DNA of 64,000 bases from an uncultured Bacteroidota bacterium (GCA_946414435.1 CAMKOM010000014.1:2717-66716), one strand, 5' to 3'; positions 26,909 to 37,590 are shown, counted from the stretch's first letter. Notes: generated by a model from the letters alone, not told the origin. Numbers and translations are program-made.

Positions 26909-27688
26909 ATGATAGATTTCAAAATCGATAAAGTAAGCGAAACGCTTTCGACCAACGAGCTGCTCAAGAGCCTGGCCGAACGCGAGCCACTGCCTGAAGG
27001 CTACACCGTGGTGGCAGTGGCGCAGACTGCCGGCCGCGGGCAGATTGGCGCTTCGTGGGAGAGCCAGCCGGGCCAGAACCTTACTTTCAGTGTGCTGCTG
27101 CGTCCCGATTTTCTAAAAGCCGACCGTATGTTTATGATTTCGAAGGTGGTGTCGCTGGCCATTGCCGACTATCTGCAATCAACTGGCGGTATCTTCAAAA
27201 TAAAGTGGCCTAACGATATCTATCATTTCGACAGCAAGATATGCGGCACACTTATCGAAAATCAGCTTATGGGTAGTCAGATTGTTTATTCAATTGTTGG
27301 TATCGGACTGAATGTCAATCAAGAAGCGTTTATCAGCGATGCGCCAAATCCGGTGTCGATGTTCAATATTTTTGATAAGAAATTCGACTTGACCACTGAA
27401 TTGCCCAAACTGCTGCACCAAATCGGACTTTGGTACCAGATGCTTGCTGACGGTTGGGAAGAGAAGATTAACGAAACATATTTAGAGCGCCTATACCGTC
27501 GTGGTGAGCCGCACGATTTTATCACACCTGATGGCAATCGTTTCAGTGGTCAGATTGAGACGGTGGAACCCAACGGCCGCATCACCATCGCCACCGCCAC
27601 CGGCCCGTTACATTTTTGGTTCAAAGAAGTGGCTTTTGCTGATAAGTTTGATGCCCGCGAACAGCCCAATCCAACAGAGCTGTTGTAG
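26909..27688 (+). CDS. birA: Biotin--[acetyl-CoA-carboxylase] ligase (no N-terminal HTH)
   Basis: 259 aa. AQTAGRGQIGASWESQPGQNLTFS (GRGRxGRxW-type biotin-binding loop), KWPNDI. Confidence 0.85.
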   Translation: MIDFKIDKVSETLSTNELLKSLAEREPLPEGYTVVAVAQTAGRGQIGASWESQPGQNLTFSVLLRPDFLKADRMFMISKVVSLAIADYLQSTGGIFKIKWPNDIYHFDSKICGTLIENQLMGSQIVYSIVGIGLNVNQEAFISDAPNPVSMFNIFDKKFDLTTELPKLLHQIGLWYQMLADGWEEKINETYLERLYRRGEPHDFITPDGNRFSGQIETVEPNGRITIATATGPLHFWFKEVAFADKFDAREQPNPTELL

Positions 27689-27771
27689 AGGTATTTTATT
27701 GCTTCATTTCCTTTGTTTGCCGATTGTATTTCAAATCACCAAATTCATCGGGGGCAATATCCATAAATTTC

Positions 27772-27779
27772 TATTTTTG
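27772..27779 (+). promoter_or_regulatory. Candidate -7 promoter box for valS
   Basis: TATTTTTG, 30 nt upstream of the valS ATG. Confidence 0.45.
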
Positions 27780-27808
27780 CAGTTCTTTAAAAATGAAACA
27801 AAAACAAG

Positions 27809-30520
27809 ATGAAAAAGGAACTTGAGACAAGGTACAATCCGGCTGCGGCCGAAGAAAAATGGTACAAGTTCTGGATGGACAACAAATTCTTCCATTCCGA
27901 ACCCGACCACCGCACACCATATACTATTGTGATTCCGCCGCCGAACGTTACCGGCGTGCTGCATATGGGCCATATGCTCAACAACACCATTCAGGACATT
28001 CTGGTGCGCCGCGCCCGTATGATGGACCGCAACGCCTGCTGGGTGCCCGGCACCGACCACGCTTCAATCGCCACCGAGGCAAAGGTTGTGAAGAAGTTGG
28101 CCGATATGGGTATCAAAAAGCGCGACCTGACTCGCGAGGAGTTCCTGAAATACGCCTGGGAGTGGAAGGAAGAGCATGGCGGCGTTATTCTTGAGCAACT
28201 CAAGAAGTTGGGCGCTTCGTGCGACTGGGACCGCACCGCTTTCACAATGGACGACGTGCGCAGCGAATCGGTTTTGCGCGTGTTTGTCGATTTGTACCGC
28301 AAGGGTTTGATTTACCGCGGTTTGCGAATGGTCAACTGGGACCCGAAGGCACAGACCGTGCTGAGCACCGAGGAGGTTATCTATCGCGAAGAGAAAAGCA
28401 AACTCTACTATCTACGCTACTATGTGGCTGACGCCGACGCAAATCCCGTGAAACCCACTGGAACCGAAGGCGAAATCATTCATAAAGACGCGAAAGGCTA
28501 CTACGCTGTGGTGGCCACAACCCGCCCCGAGACAATTATGGGCGACACCGCGATGTGTATCAACCCGAAAGACCCGAAAAACCAATGGTTGCGCGGTCAC
28601 AAGGTGATTGTACCGCTTGTTGGGCGCGTCATTCCGGTTATCGAGGACCGCTATGTTGACATTGAGTTTGGTACTGGCTGTCTGAAAGTTACGCCTGCCC
28701 ACGATGCCAACGACTACGCTCTCGGTCAGACTCACAATCTGGAGACCATCGACATTTTCAACCCCGACGGAACGCTGTCGGAGGCTGCCGGGCTCTACGT
28801 TGGACAGGACCGTATGGATGTTCGCAAGCAGATTGCCATCGACCTTCAGAATGCAGGCTTGATGGAGAAAATTGAGGATTACGACAACAAGGTGGGTTAT
28901 TCGGAGCGCAATCAGGACACGGCTGTGGAGCCGCGCCTGTGCAAGCAGTGGTTCCTGTCGATGAAGCATTTCGCCGACATTGCACTGCCACCCGTGCTCG
29001 AGGGAAAAATCAAGTTCCACCCCAACAAATACGTATCGACCTACCGCAACTGGCTCGAGAATATTCAGGACTGGTGTATCAGCCGCCAACTCTGGTGGGG
29101 ACACCGCATTCCCGCCTATTTCCTGCCAACAGCCGAAGGCGAGGATGAGAAATTTGTGGTTGCTCTCACAGCCGACGAGGCTCTGGCCGAAGCACGCAAA
29201 ATCAAGGGGTACGAGAACATTACCGCCGACCAACTGCGTCACGATGAGGATGCGCTCGACACCTGGTTCTCGTCGTGGTTGTGGCCTGTTTCGCTTTTCA
29301 ACGGCATTAACAACCCTGGAAATAAGGAGATTAACTACTATTACCCCACTTGCGACCTTGTCACGGGTCCCGACATTATCTTCTTCTGGGTTGCCCGAAT
29401 GATTATGGCTGGCGAGGAATATCAGCACGATGTGCCGTTCCGCAATGTCTATTTCACTGGTATTGTGCGCGATAAATTGGGCCGTAAGATGTCGAAATCG
29501 CTCGGCAACTCACCTGACCCGCTCAAACTCATTGCCGACTACGGCGCCGATGGCGTGCGTGTTGGAATGCTGCTCTGCTCGCCCGCTGGTGGCGATTTGC
29601 TTTACGATGACTCGCTGCCAGAGCAAGGCCGCAACTTCGCCAACAAGATTTGGAACGCTTTCCGCTTGGTTTACAGTTGGAATGTCGATGACAAACTGCC
29701 GCAACCCGAAGCCGCACGCGTGGCCATTGAGTGGTTCAATCAAAAACTGAGCAGCACCATTGTGCAACTCAACGACCATTTCGACAAGTTCCGCCTCTCG
29801 GAGGCGCTGATGACCGTTTACCGCCTGTTCTGGGACGAGTTCTCGGCCTGGTTCCTTGAGATGGTGAAGCCCGCTTACCAAACGGCTTGCGACGCCACAA
29901 CCTATAATGCTGTGATTGAGTTGTTTGAGAAGATGCTCAAACTGCTGCACCCATTTATGCCGTTCATTACTGAGGAGATTTGGCAGTCGATTAAAGAGCG
30001 CCAAACCGCTGACAGCCTGATAGTTGCCAAATGGCCCGAGGCTGGAGCGTTCAATGAAGATTATCTGGCAGAATTCGAGAATGTTAAGCAGACAATTGCC
30101 GAAATCCGCACCGTCCGCACCGACAAGAAAATCCCGAACCGCGACGCAATCAAACTCTTTGTGAACAAAAGCAGCAAAGGCTACAACGCGCAGTTCGACA
30201 GCGTGATAGCAAAGATGGGCAACGCCGAATCGATTGAGATTGTCAGCCAAAAAGTCGACGGCACCGTCGCCTTTATGGTTCAGACAACTGAATTCTACGT
30301 TCCGTTCGGCAGCAATATCGATGTTGAGGCCGAACTGGCCAAACTGCAAGCCGACCGCACTTATCTGGAAGGATTCCTGCAGTCGGTGATGAAGAAACTC
30401 TCGAACGAGAAGTTTGTGAACGGTGCCCCGGCCGCCGTTGTCGAGAACGAGCGCAAGAAGCAAGCCGATGCCGAAGCCAAAATCAAGGCCATCGACGAGC
30501 AGATTAAAGCGCTTAGTTAA
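27809..30520 (+). CDS. valS: Valine--tRNA ligase
   Basis: 903 aa. [13 protein letters not shown] (HIGH) and KMSKSLGN (KMSKS) motifs, C-terminal coiled coil. Confidence 0.98.
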   Translation: MKKELETRYNPAAAEEKWYKFWMDNKFFHSEPDHRTPYTIVIPPPNVTGVLHMGHMLNNTIQDILVRRARMMDRNACWVPGTDHASIATEAKVVKKLADMGIKKRDLTREEFLKYAWEWKEEHGGVILEQLKKLGASCDWDRTAFTMDDVRSESVLRVFVDLYRKGLIYRGLRMVNWDPKAQTVLSTEEVIYREEKSKLYYLRYYVADADANPVKPTGTEGEIIHKDAKGYYAVVATTRPETIMGDTAMCINPKDPKNQWLRGHKVIVPLVGRVIPVIEDRYVDIEFGTGCLKVTPAHDANDYALGQTHNLETIDIFNPDGTLSEAAGLYVGQDRMDVRKQIAIDLQNAGLMEKIEDYDNKVGYSERNQDTAVEPRLCKQWFLSMKHFADIALPPVLEGKIKFHPNKYVSTYRNWLENIQDWCISRQLWWGHRIPAYFLPTAEGEDEKFVVALTADEALAEARKIKGYENITADQLRHDEDALDTWFSSWLWPVSLFNGINNPGNKEINYYYPTCDLVTGPDIIFFWVARMIMAGEEYQHDVPFRNVYFTGIVRDKLGRKMSKSLGNSPDPLKLIADYGADGVRVGMLLCSPAGGDLLYDDSLPEQGRNFANKIWNAFRLVYSWNVDDKLPQPEAARVAIEWFNQKLSSTIVQLNDHFDKFRLSEALMTVYRLFWDEFSAWFLEMVKPAYQTACDATTYNAVIELFEKMLKLLHPFMPFITEEIWQSIKERQTADSLIVAKWPEAGAFNEDYLAEFENVKQTIAEIRTVRTDKKIPNRDAIKLFVNKSSKGYNAQFDSVIAKMGNAESIEIVSQKVDGTVAFMVQTTEFYVPFGSNIDVEAELAKLQADRTYLEGFLQSVMKKLSNEKFVNGAPAAVVENERKKQADAEAKIKAIDEQIKALS

Positions 30521-30546
30521 GAAACTTGCTGATATATAGCATAAAA

Positions 30547-30588
30547 CAAAGTCCGCAGCCGGGTTGGTTACGGACTTTGTGTTGTTGT
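30547..30588 (+). terminator. Rho-independent terminator after valS
   Basis: caaagtccg ... cggactttg (9-bp stem) followed by a T-rich gtgttgttg. Confidence 0.65.
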
Positions 30589-30693
30589 AGTGATGTTTGA
30601 AATTTGCATCAATTCAGATTTACTATGTTTTACGACTCGTGCATTTTTTCCACATCATCAGCACAAAAACTCGCAGAAACAATAAAAAAAATA

Positions 30694-30701
30694 TAAATTT
30701 G
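30694..30701 (+). promoter_or_regulatory. Candidate -7 promoter box
   Basis: TAAATTTG, 18 nt upstream of the ATG at 30719. Confidence 0.4.
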
Positions 30702-30718
30702 TTGGCAAAACATTAAGT

Positions 30719-31705
30719 ATGCTCGATTTAGGCCAATACATTGTCCGACTTTTGCTAACGCACGATTGTGTGATTGTGCCCGGTTTTGGCGGTTTTGTGG
30801 CCAACTATCGGGATGCTGTTCACGACGAGACGAGCCACACGTTCTATCCGCCATCGAAAAAAATTGTATTTAACAGCAGTTTGTCGCATAATGATGGTTT
30901 GCTCATCAACAGCGTGGCTGAACAATTGAAAATCAATTATGATGAGGCCGCGCAAATGGTGGCTCAAAGTGTTGATGATGCGTGGATTTTGCTCGAAAAG
31001 GGCAGTACTCTGAAACTAGACAACATTGGCATTTTCCGCTACAGCGATGATTCAACATTAACCTTTGAGCCACAACTGACTGAGAACCTATTGACAGACT
31101 CTTGCGGCTTGTGCTCATTCCGTTTCCCACCGCTGAGTTACCATTCGCAACCTGAAACAGTCATCAATAACGATAACATTCGAAAAATGCCAGTCATCGA
31201 CACAAAAAAAGTTCTGCGCTACGCAGCCATTGTTATCCCGTTTGCGGCTTTGATCGGGCTTATACCTGTTTACCGGCAACATTCGCAACAAAACGCCGGC
31301 ATGCTTACCTCGCCCGCACCAATGCCTCAATCAATCGAAGACACCATCACAGCATCGGGACAAGAGCAGACGGTTGATTATGCCATTGACGCATCGACCG
31401 ACAAACGTACAGCTTTGTATTATAATGAGGCTTCTCCCCAAAACACTCCGGTCAAAAAAAATAAAAAGGCTCAAAACGAATTTTATTACATAATCGGCGG
31501 CAGTTTCAAAGACCGTACCAACGCAGAGAAGCACATGAAGAAATACAAAAAAGCCGGTTTTGATTCGGAAATAATTGAAACAGAGAGTCTTTTCAGGGTT
31601 TCGCTTGGTGTTTATGGTGACAAAGTGATTGCTCTGCACGAACTGCGCCGCATCAGAGCGAAAGAGGATTACGGTAACGCTTGGCTCTATACAAAAGCAA
31701 AGTGA
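30719..31705 (+). CDS. HU-like N-terminal domain / SPOR C-terminal domain protein
   Basis: 328 aa. N-terminal LLTHDCVIVPGFGGFVANY (HU-CCDC81-like). C-terminal YYIIGGSFKDRTNAEKHMKKYKKAGF...FRVSLGVY (SPOR peptidoglycan-binding pattern). Confidence 0.7.
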   Translation: MLDLGQYIVRLLLTHDCVIVPGFGGFVANYRDAVHDETSHTFYPPSKKIVFNSSLSHNDGLLINSVAEQLKINYDEAAQMVAQSVDDAWILLEKGSTLKLDNIGIFRYSDDSTLTFEPQLTENLLTDSCGLCSFRFPPLSYHSQPETVINNDNIRKMPVIDTKKVLRYAAIVIPFAALIGLIPVYRQHSQQNAGMLTSPAPMPQSIEDTITASGQEQTVDYAIDASTDKRTALYYNEASPQNTPVKKNKKAQNEFYYIIGGSFKDRTNAEKHMKKYKKAGFDSEIIETESLFRVSLGVYGDKVIALHELRRIRAKEDYGNAWLYTKAK

Positions 31706-31729
31706 CCATTGCCGTAAAAGGATTTGAAA

Positions 31730-32125
31730 ATGCTTTTTGGCGAACTCATAAAAGCGTTAAGTTGGCCGTCGGTTGAAGCCACGCTGATGATGTATTTCCC
31801 TAAATATCAGTCGAGTTTGTCGGGGTTCAAACGCGCGTTCAATATGTTGCAGAATTTGGAACCGCAGCAGAACACCGACACGCTGAAACTTGTGCGCATT
31901 GATGCTGAAAATGTTGATGTTACAACCGTGTGCGACGGCAAGGAATACAGCATAACCATCGCACCTTGGAACGAAATATTGGGGAACCGTATTGATGCTC
32001 AATCATTTGCCAAATTCTCGCAACCCGAAATTGCTGTGTTTGTCCTTTGGGAACTCACCTTCTACGGCTTCGATGAAGAGACAATCAGAAAAAAGACCGA
32101 CGAATGGCTGAAAGATTTGAAATAG
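31730..32125 (+). CDS. Hypothetical protein
   Basis: 131 aa, no recognised motif. Coding-like composition; overlaps the trmO start by 22 nt. Confidence 0.5.
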   Translation: MLFGELIKALSWPSVEATLMMYFPKYQSSLSGFKRAFNMLQNLEPQQNTDTLKLVRIDAENVDVTTVCDGKEYSITIAPWNEILGNRIDAQSFAKFSQPEIAVFVLWELTFYGFDEETIRKKTDEWLKDLK

Positions 32126-32793
32126 AGCCCGTTGCACATATTCGCACCGATTTTCCGAGCAAGTTCGGCATTCCGCGGCAGAGCGGCGTTGTGCCAACCT
32201 TGCGCGGACAGATTGTCTTCTGCCCCAAATACCGCAACGCCGATGCCCTGCGCGGGCTTGAAGGGTTCTCGCACCTGTGGCTCATTTGGCAATTCTCGGC
32301 CAGCCGGCAAAGTGGTTGGCAGCCGATGGTGCGGCCGCCGCGACTTGGCGGAAACCGGCAGGTGGGTGTCTTCGCGTCGCGCTCGCCGTTCCGCCCGAAT
32401 GGCTTGGGACTGTCGGCGGTTGAAATCGAGCGAATCGAATTTGAAACACCGCAAGGCCCTGTCATTCATATTCTTGGCGCCGATTTGATGGACGGCACGC
32501 CCATCTTCGACATCAAACCTTACGTGGCCTACGCCGACAGCATCAGCCAAGCTCGCTCGGGATTTGTCGATGATGTGGAATTCAGCCATTTGGATGTGGT
32601 TCTGCCCGACGAGTTCCGACAAAAATTAGGCAACAATTTGGCCGACACTCTCGTGAGCGTGCTGCAGAACGACCCGCGGCCACCCGTGCAAGCCGGTGCC
32701 GACAAAACATTCGGAATGCCGTTTGCCGGATACGATGTGAAGTTCAAAGTTGATGGTTTAACTCTGACAGTGGTCGATTTGGTGAAACTTTAA
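32104..32793 (+). CDS. trmO: tRNA (N6-threonylcarbamoyladenosine(37)-N6)-methyltransferase TrmO (YaeB/TsaA family)
   Basis: 229 aa. FPSKFGIPRQ, LEGFSHLWLIW, RSPFRPNGLGLS, DGTPIFDIKPY motifs. Confidence 0.85.
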   Translation: MAERFEIEPVAHIRTDFPSKFGIPRQSGVVPTLRGQIVFCPKYRNADALRGLEGFSHLWLIWQFSASRQSGWQPMVRPPRLGGNRQVGVFASRSPFRPNGLGLSAVEIERIEFETPQGPVIHILGADLMDGTPIFDIKPYVAYADSISQARSGFVDDVEFSHLDVVLPDEFRQKLGNNLADTLVSVLQNDPRPPVQAGADKTFGMPFAGYDVKFKVDGLTLTVVDLVKL

Positions 32794-32802
32794 TTGCCGA
32801 TT

Positions 32803-33564
32803 ATGAATCTACATTCAACCGATTTCCCGTTTTTCACCTTCGCAAATCTCGACAGATTCAGCACTGTAAAGCATTTTGTCACGTGCGGCAACAGCGCCGA
32901 AACCGACATCAATCTGCGGTCAGTGGGTGGTGTGGCCAACCGTCAACGATTGGCGCGGACGATTGGTTTTGAAATTGACCGATTGGTTACCGGCGAGCAG
33001 ACTCACAGCCTGAACATCGCCGTTGTGACCGATGCCGATGCCGGTCGCGGAAGTGTGGACATCGATAGTCGTATTCCCTGCACCGATGCCCTGATTACCA
33101 ATTGCAAAGGCATTTGTCTGATGGTTCTCACAGCCGACTGCGTGCCTGTGCTGCTCTACGACCCCGCAACACACTCTGCGGCCGCCATTCACGCCGGTTG
33201 GCGCGGCACAGCAAACGGCATTGTTGGTTTGACTGTCAAGAAGATGGCTGATGTGTTCGGCACCAAACCTGAAAATCTGATGGCCGCCATCGGCCCATGC
33301 ATTGGCGCGTGCTGCTTCGAAGTGGGCGACGATGTGGCCGAGCATTTCAGCCGTTGGCCAAATACCATTCTGCGTCATACAAATTGGCCTAAACCCCATA
33401 TCGACCTTGTGCTTGCCAACCGACTTCAGCTTGAGCAGGTAGGTATTCCTGCATCAAACATTGAATCATCGGGCGAATGCACCAAATGCGGCACACACGG
33501 CCTTTTCTCTCACCGCCGCAACCAAACCCTTGGCCGGATTGGAACAGTGATTCTGCTGGCCTGA
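32803..33564 (+). CDS. pgeF: Peptidoglycan editing factor PgeF (YfiH/laccase-domain family)
   Basis: TADCVPVLLYD, HAGWRGT and CTKC...FSHRR motifs. ATG at 32803 preferred over the TTG at 32794. Confidence 0.88.
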   Translation: MNLHSTDFPFFTFANLDRFSTVKHFVTCGNSAETDINLRSVGGVANRQRLARTIGFEIDRLVTGEQTHSLNIAVVTDADAGRGSVDIDSRIPCTDALITNCKGICLMVLTADCVPVLLYDPATHSAAAIHAGWRGTANGIVGLTVKKMADVFGTKPENLMAAIGPCIGACCFEVGDDVAEHFSRWPNTILRHTNWPKPHIDLVLANRLQLEQVGIPASNIESSGECTKCGTHGLFSHRRNQTLGRIGTVILLA

Positions 33565-33592
33565 AAATATCCTTCTTTGACGATGTGTTCTC

Positions 33593-33954
33593 CTATTTTA
33601 TAAAGTTGTTTGTGCTGTCGGGTTTGGGATTGAACTGTTTAAAATGAAAAACTTCTGGTGTCTTTAATTTTTCGCCATTATAATTTGTTATTATAAAAGT
33701 GGTATCATTAATAATTTTTCCGGTATTGTCCAATATGCTTCCGTTTTGTCACCAACAAACTGATTTTTAGCGAAATGCTGACAATTATGAACTCTAACTG
33801 CCATGGGCAAAAATTCCTGCAATTTCATTGAAATATAAGAAATAGCCACACATTTTTTCATTCCTTTTTCCTTTATTTGCAAAACCGAAGATTGTTGTGC
33901 ATCAATCTGAAAAACAGATGATTTGAACCGCATCGCAACCTTCATAGAACACAC
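33593..33954 (-). pseudogene. Possible frameshifted gene remnant
   Basis: The track ORF 33691-33954 ends ...NQFVGDKTEAYWTIPEKLLMIPLL*. A shifted reading frame, open from about 33743, continues with protein-like sequence QNGSILDNTGKIINDTTFIITNYNGEKLKTPEVFHFKQFNPKPDSTNNFIK* down to 33593. AT-rich region, no family recognised. Confidence 0.25.
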
Positions 33955-34215
33955 ATTATGAAAGACTTTTTATTACCATCACTTTGTCCGTCGCTTTCGC
34001 TGTTGGCAATGGCGCAGCAAAAAACATGCGGCAACGTTCCGAGAGGAAGAGGAAACATCGCCTCTAATTGTCAGATTCTGAGCTCCGGGTTCGGCTTATG
34101 ACAGTTTTGGTGGAGCAAACACAACACGTGTTTCGCATTTTCCAAATATTTTTACTTTCCCCTGTAACATTGACTTCTTTTTGCAGTCTATAGAACGTGT
34201 AATCGAAAAACAGAA

Positions 34216-34920
34216 ATGATACAAATAGAAAATCTGCATAAATCGTATTTCACCGGAGGCGAGCCGCTGCACGTATTGAAGGGCATAAACTTGAGCGTTG
34301 CCGAGGGCGAGCTGGTATCGATTATGGGCAGTTCGGGTAGCGGCAAATCGACGCTGCTCAACATTCTGGGCATCTTGGACAACTACGATGAGGGTACCTA
34401 CCACCTTGGCGGCGAGCTGGTGCGCAATATGAGCGAGAAGCGCGCCGCAGCCTTCCGCAATCGAATGTTGGGGTTTGTCTTCCAGCAGTTTAACCTGATA
34501 GCTTTCAAAAATGCACTCGAGAACGTGGCGCTTCCGCTTTATTATCAAGGTGTTAACCGCAAAAAGCGCAACCAGATTGCCTATGAGTATCTGGAGCGCG
34601 TGGGGCTGGCCACTCACGCCGAGCATATGCCCAACGAGCTTTCGGGCGGACAGAAGCAGCGCATTGCCATTGCGCGGGCGCTCATTGCCAACCCCAAGGT
34701 GATTCTGGCCGACGAGCCCACCGGAGCGCTTGACACTCGCACATCGTACGAGGTGATGGACCTTCTGCAGGAGGTGAACCGCGAGGGCAAGACCATCATC
34801 ATCGTAACCCACGAGCGTGACATTGCCGATATGACCAACCGCACTGTCTTTCTGAAAGACGGCGTTATTGAGTCGGATACTAAAAACCAGATAAAAATCG
34901 CCCGCGAATGTTTGATATAG
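34216..34920 (+). CDS. ABC transporter ATP-binding protein (MacB/LolD-type)
   Basis: 234 aa. Walker A GSSGSGKST, signature LSGGQKQR, Walker B ILADEPTGALD. Confidence 0.93.
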   Translation: MIQIENLHKSYFTGGEPLHVLKGINLSVAEGELVSIMGSSGSGKSTLLNILGILDNYDEGTYHLGGELVRNMSEKRAAAFRNRMLGFVFQQFNLIAFKNALENVALPLYYQGVNRKKRNQIAYEYLERVGLATHAEHMPNELSGGQKQRIAIARALIANPKVILADEPTGALDTRTSYEVMDLLQEVNREGKTIIIVTHERDIADMTNRTVFLKDGVIESDTKNQIKIARECLI

Positions 34921-36173
34921 ACAAATGGCAGGAGATTATCTCGACGATGCGCAAAAACAAGCTGCGTACCGTGCTCACGGCTTTCAGTGTGGCGTGGGGA
35001 ATCTTCATTTTGATTGTTCTGCTGGGTTCAGGCAACGGCTTGAAAAACGCCGTGATGACGAATTTTGAGAGAGACGCCACCAACTATATGAGCATTGATG
35101 GCGGACGCACCAGTATGGAATACAATGGTTTGAAAAAGAACCGCCGGATTCAGTTTGACAACCGCGACATCGACCTTCTTGAAAATGTTGACGGCCTTGC
35201 CACCATATCGCCCATAATATCGATGTGGAGCTCAAGTGTGAGCAACGGCGCCAACTACGGCAGTTTCTCGACACGCGGCGTTTATCCGTCAATCGAGGTG
35301 AGCGAGAATCTGAAAATCACATCGGGACGGTTCATAAACGATACCGACGTGCGTCTGAAGCGCAAGGTGGCAGCCATTGGCACCGATGTGGTGAAAACCG
35401 TCTTTCCCGACAGCGACCCGCTTGGGCAGTACATAAAAATCAACAACTCTATGTTCCTTGTGGTGGGCGTTTACAGCGACTACCAGTGGGACAACCGCAA
35501 CGTGTATATTCCGTTCAGCACGGCGCGTATGCTGCGTGGTGGCCGCAACGAGTTTTCGTGGGTCCAAATGACTTCGAAACCAGGCAACACTATCGAGCAG
35601 AATCAAGAGCTTGTTAATCAGATACGTAAAAAAATGGCCGCTCTGCACCAGTTCAATCCCGACGACCGTTCGGCGGTTTACATCTACGACGGCCTTGAGG
35701 ATTATCAAGATACGCAGAAACTATTTAACGGAATCAGCATATTCATTTGGATGATAGGCATTGGCACTCTGATTTCGGGCATTGTGGGCGTGAGCAACAT
35801 TATGATGATTGTGGTTAAGGAGCGCACCCGCGAGATTGGCATCCGCAAGGCGCTTGGAGCACGGCCCGGTTCGGTGGTGAGCTTGGTTATCTCGGAGGCC
35901 ATAACTATCACAACCATAGCTGGTTACTTTGGGATGGTGTTTGGTGTGTTTGTTATGGAAGTTGTGGACTACATCAACGACCAAATTGTCGCCGACAAGC
36001 TTGCAGCCGCCAACGAGGCGGGCAATGCGGTAACGTTTCTAAACCCGAACGCCGACATTGGCATCGCCATCGGAGCAACGGTTCTGCTCGTTATATGCGG
36101 CACCATTGCCGGACTCATCCCTTCCCTGAAAGCGGCACGGATTAAGCCGATTGAGGCGTTGAGATATGAATAG
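34908..36173 (+). CDS. ABC transporter permease, MacB periplasmic domain plus FtsX (copy 1)
   Basis: 421 aa. N-terminal KNKLRTVLTAFSVAWGIF, large periplasmic segment, C-terminal FtsX helices with ERTREIGIRKALGA. Confidence 0.88.
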   Translation: MFDIDKWQEIISTMRKNKLRTVLTAFSVAWGIFILIVLLGSGNGLKNAVMTNFERDATNYMSIDGGRTSMEYNGLKKNRRIQFDNRDIDLLENVDGLATISPIISMWSSSVSNGANYGSFSTRGVYPSIEVSENLKITSGRFINDTDVRLKRKVAAIGTDVVKTVFPDSDPLGQYIKINNSMFLVVGVYSDYQWDNRNVYIPFSTARMLRGGRNEFSWVQMTSKPGNTIEQNQELVNQIRKKMAALHQFNPDDRSAVYIYDGLEDYQDTQKLFNGISIFIWMIGIGTLISGIVGVSNIMMIVVKERTREIGIRKALGARPGSVVSLVISEAITITTIAGYFGMVFGVFVMEVVDYINDQIVADKLAAANEAGNAVTFLNPNADIGIAIGATVLLVICGTIAGLIPSLKAARIKPIEALRYE

Positions 36174-36250
36174 GAGTTAGGAGTTAATAGTTAGGAGTTA
36201 GGAGTTAGGAATTGAAAATTAACAATGAACAATTAATAATTAACAATTTA
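36174..36250. repeat. Eleven tandem 7-nt units directly after the permease stop codon
   Basis: gagttag gagttaa tagttag gagttag gagttag gaattga aaattaa caatgaa caattaa taattaa caattta, in strict heptamer phase. Confidence 0.85.
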
Positions 36251-36332
36251 GGGAGAGGTAGAGAAGTCTTAGATGCTCAACTGTCTAAACAGCGAAGCGA
36301 CTCAACTCTAAACACTAAACTTTTAAACGACA

Positions 36333-37577
36333 ATGTTCGACAGAGAGTTATATAAGGAGATTTGGCAGGCGATTAGCAAGAACCGGACGCGTTCGATTCT
36401 GACGGCGTTTGGTGTGTTTTGGGGATTGTTTATGCTGATAACGCTGGCCGGAGCAGGCAACGGCTTGCGGAATGGTGTTTTGGCGCAGTACAGCAATGTG
36501 GCCAAAAACACCACATTGTTGTGGACAAATAATACAACAATTCCCTACGGCGGATTCAGACGCAACCACTGGTGGAACTTCAAAAACAGCGACGTTGTGG
36601 CACTCAACAAGCAATACCCCGAACTTTACATTGTGCCGCGTATCACAAGGTGGAGCGGTGGCGGTGCATCCTACAACCTGCGCACATCGGAGTGTTCGGT
36701 AGTGGGTGAGTATCCAATCACCACCAAAGTTGAGTATATAAAGTTAGAATGTGGCCGCTATATCAACGAAATGGATATTCTGCAGCGGCGTAAAGTTTGC
36801 GTGATTGGACCGCGTGTGCGTGAAGAGTTGTTCCCCAACGGCGAGGACCCGTTAGGCAAAAACATCAGTTTGTCTGGTGTCTATTACAAAGTGGTAGGGG
36901 CATACAGTGGTAAGGGTGTAGGCATTGGGTTCAATTACGAAACGGCCGTCCGTCTCCCTTTCAGCACAATGCAGCAAACTTACAATTTGGGCGACAACGT
37001 GGGTATGCTTATTATTGGTGCCCCAGCCGACCACGACATCGGCGACGTTGAGGCGGAGGTTATGCGTTTCATCCGCAGCCGCCACAAAGACGTTTCGCCC
37101 GACGATAACGAGGCATTAAGCCACGAGAACCTAAACAAAACTTTCAAGCAGATAACCAACCTTTTTCTCGGTGTCGATTTGCTCATCTGGCTTGTAGGCC
37201 TGGGCACACTGTTGGCTGGCGTCATCGGCATCAGCAACATTATGTTGGTGATTGTGAAGGAACGCACGCAGGAGATTGGCATCAAACGCGCTCTGGGAGC
37301 CACACCGGGCAACATCATCCGTCAGATAATAACCGAGTCGGTGCTGCTGACAGTGGTGGCCGGATACCTTGGACTGGTGCTGGGCGTGCTAATCAACGAG
37401 GGATTGGGTGTGATTCTCGCATCGAGCGACAACAGCATCTTTATGAATCCCGGCATCAACTTGAGCGTAGGGCTCGTCTGCCTTACCATTTTGGTCGTGT
37501 GCGGTGCCCTGGCTGGCCTTCTGCCCGCAATGCGCGCCGTCAAAATCAAACCGATTGACGCGATTAGGGAGGAGTAA
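36333..37577 (+). CDS. ABC transporter permease, MacB periplasmic domain plus FtsX (copy 2, paralog of copy 1)
   Basis: 414 aa. KNRTRSILTAFGVFWGLF and ERTQEIGIKRALGA, collinear with the upstream permease. Confidence 0.88.
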   Translation: MFDRELYKEIWQAISKNRTRSILTAFGVFWGLFMLITLAGAGNGLRNGVLAQYSNVAKNTTLLWTNNTTIPYGGFRRNHWWNFKNSDVVALNKQYPELYIVPRITRWSGGGASYNLRTSECSVVGEYPITTKVEYIKLECGRYINEMDILQRRKVCVIGPRVREELFPNGEDPLGKNISLSGVYYKVVGAYSGKGVGIGFNYETAVRLPFSTMQQTYNLGDNVGMLIIGAPADHDIGDVEAEVMRFIRSRHKDVSPDDNEALSHENLNKTFKQITNLFLGVDLLIWLVGLGTLLAGVIGISNIMLVIVKERTQEIGIKRALGATPGNIIRQIITESVLLTVVAGYLGLVLGVLINEGLGVILASSDNSIFMNPGINLSVGLVCLTILVVCGALAGLLPAMRAVKIKPIDAIREE

Positions 37578-37590
37578 ATTGGAAAACGGA

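Noticed and set aside
28412-30463. Minus-strand ORFs 28412-29428 (338 aa) and 29510-30463 (317 aa) antisense to valS
   Set aside because: Shadow ORFs opposite a highly conserved gene, with no recognisable domain and atypical composition.
36174-36210. Repeated GGAG in the gagttag units as Shine-Dalgarno sites
   Set aside because: They lie more than 120 nt upstream of the next start codon. Bacteroidota generally do not use SD-led initiation, and none of the well-supported genes here has a GGAG at the right spacing.
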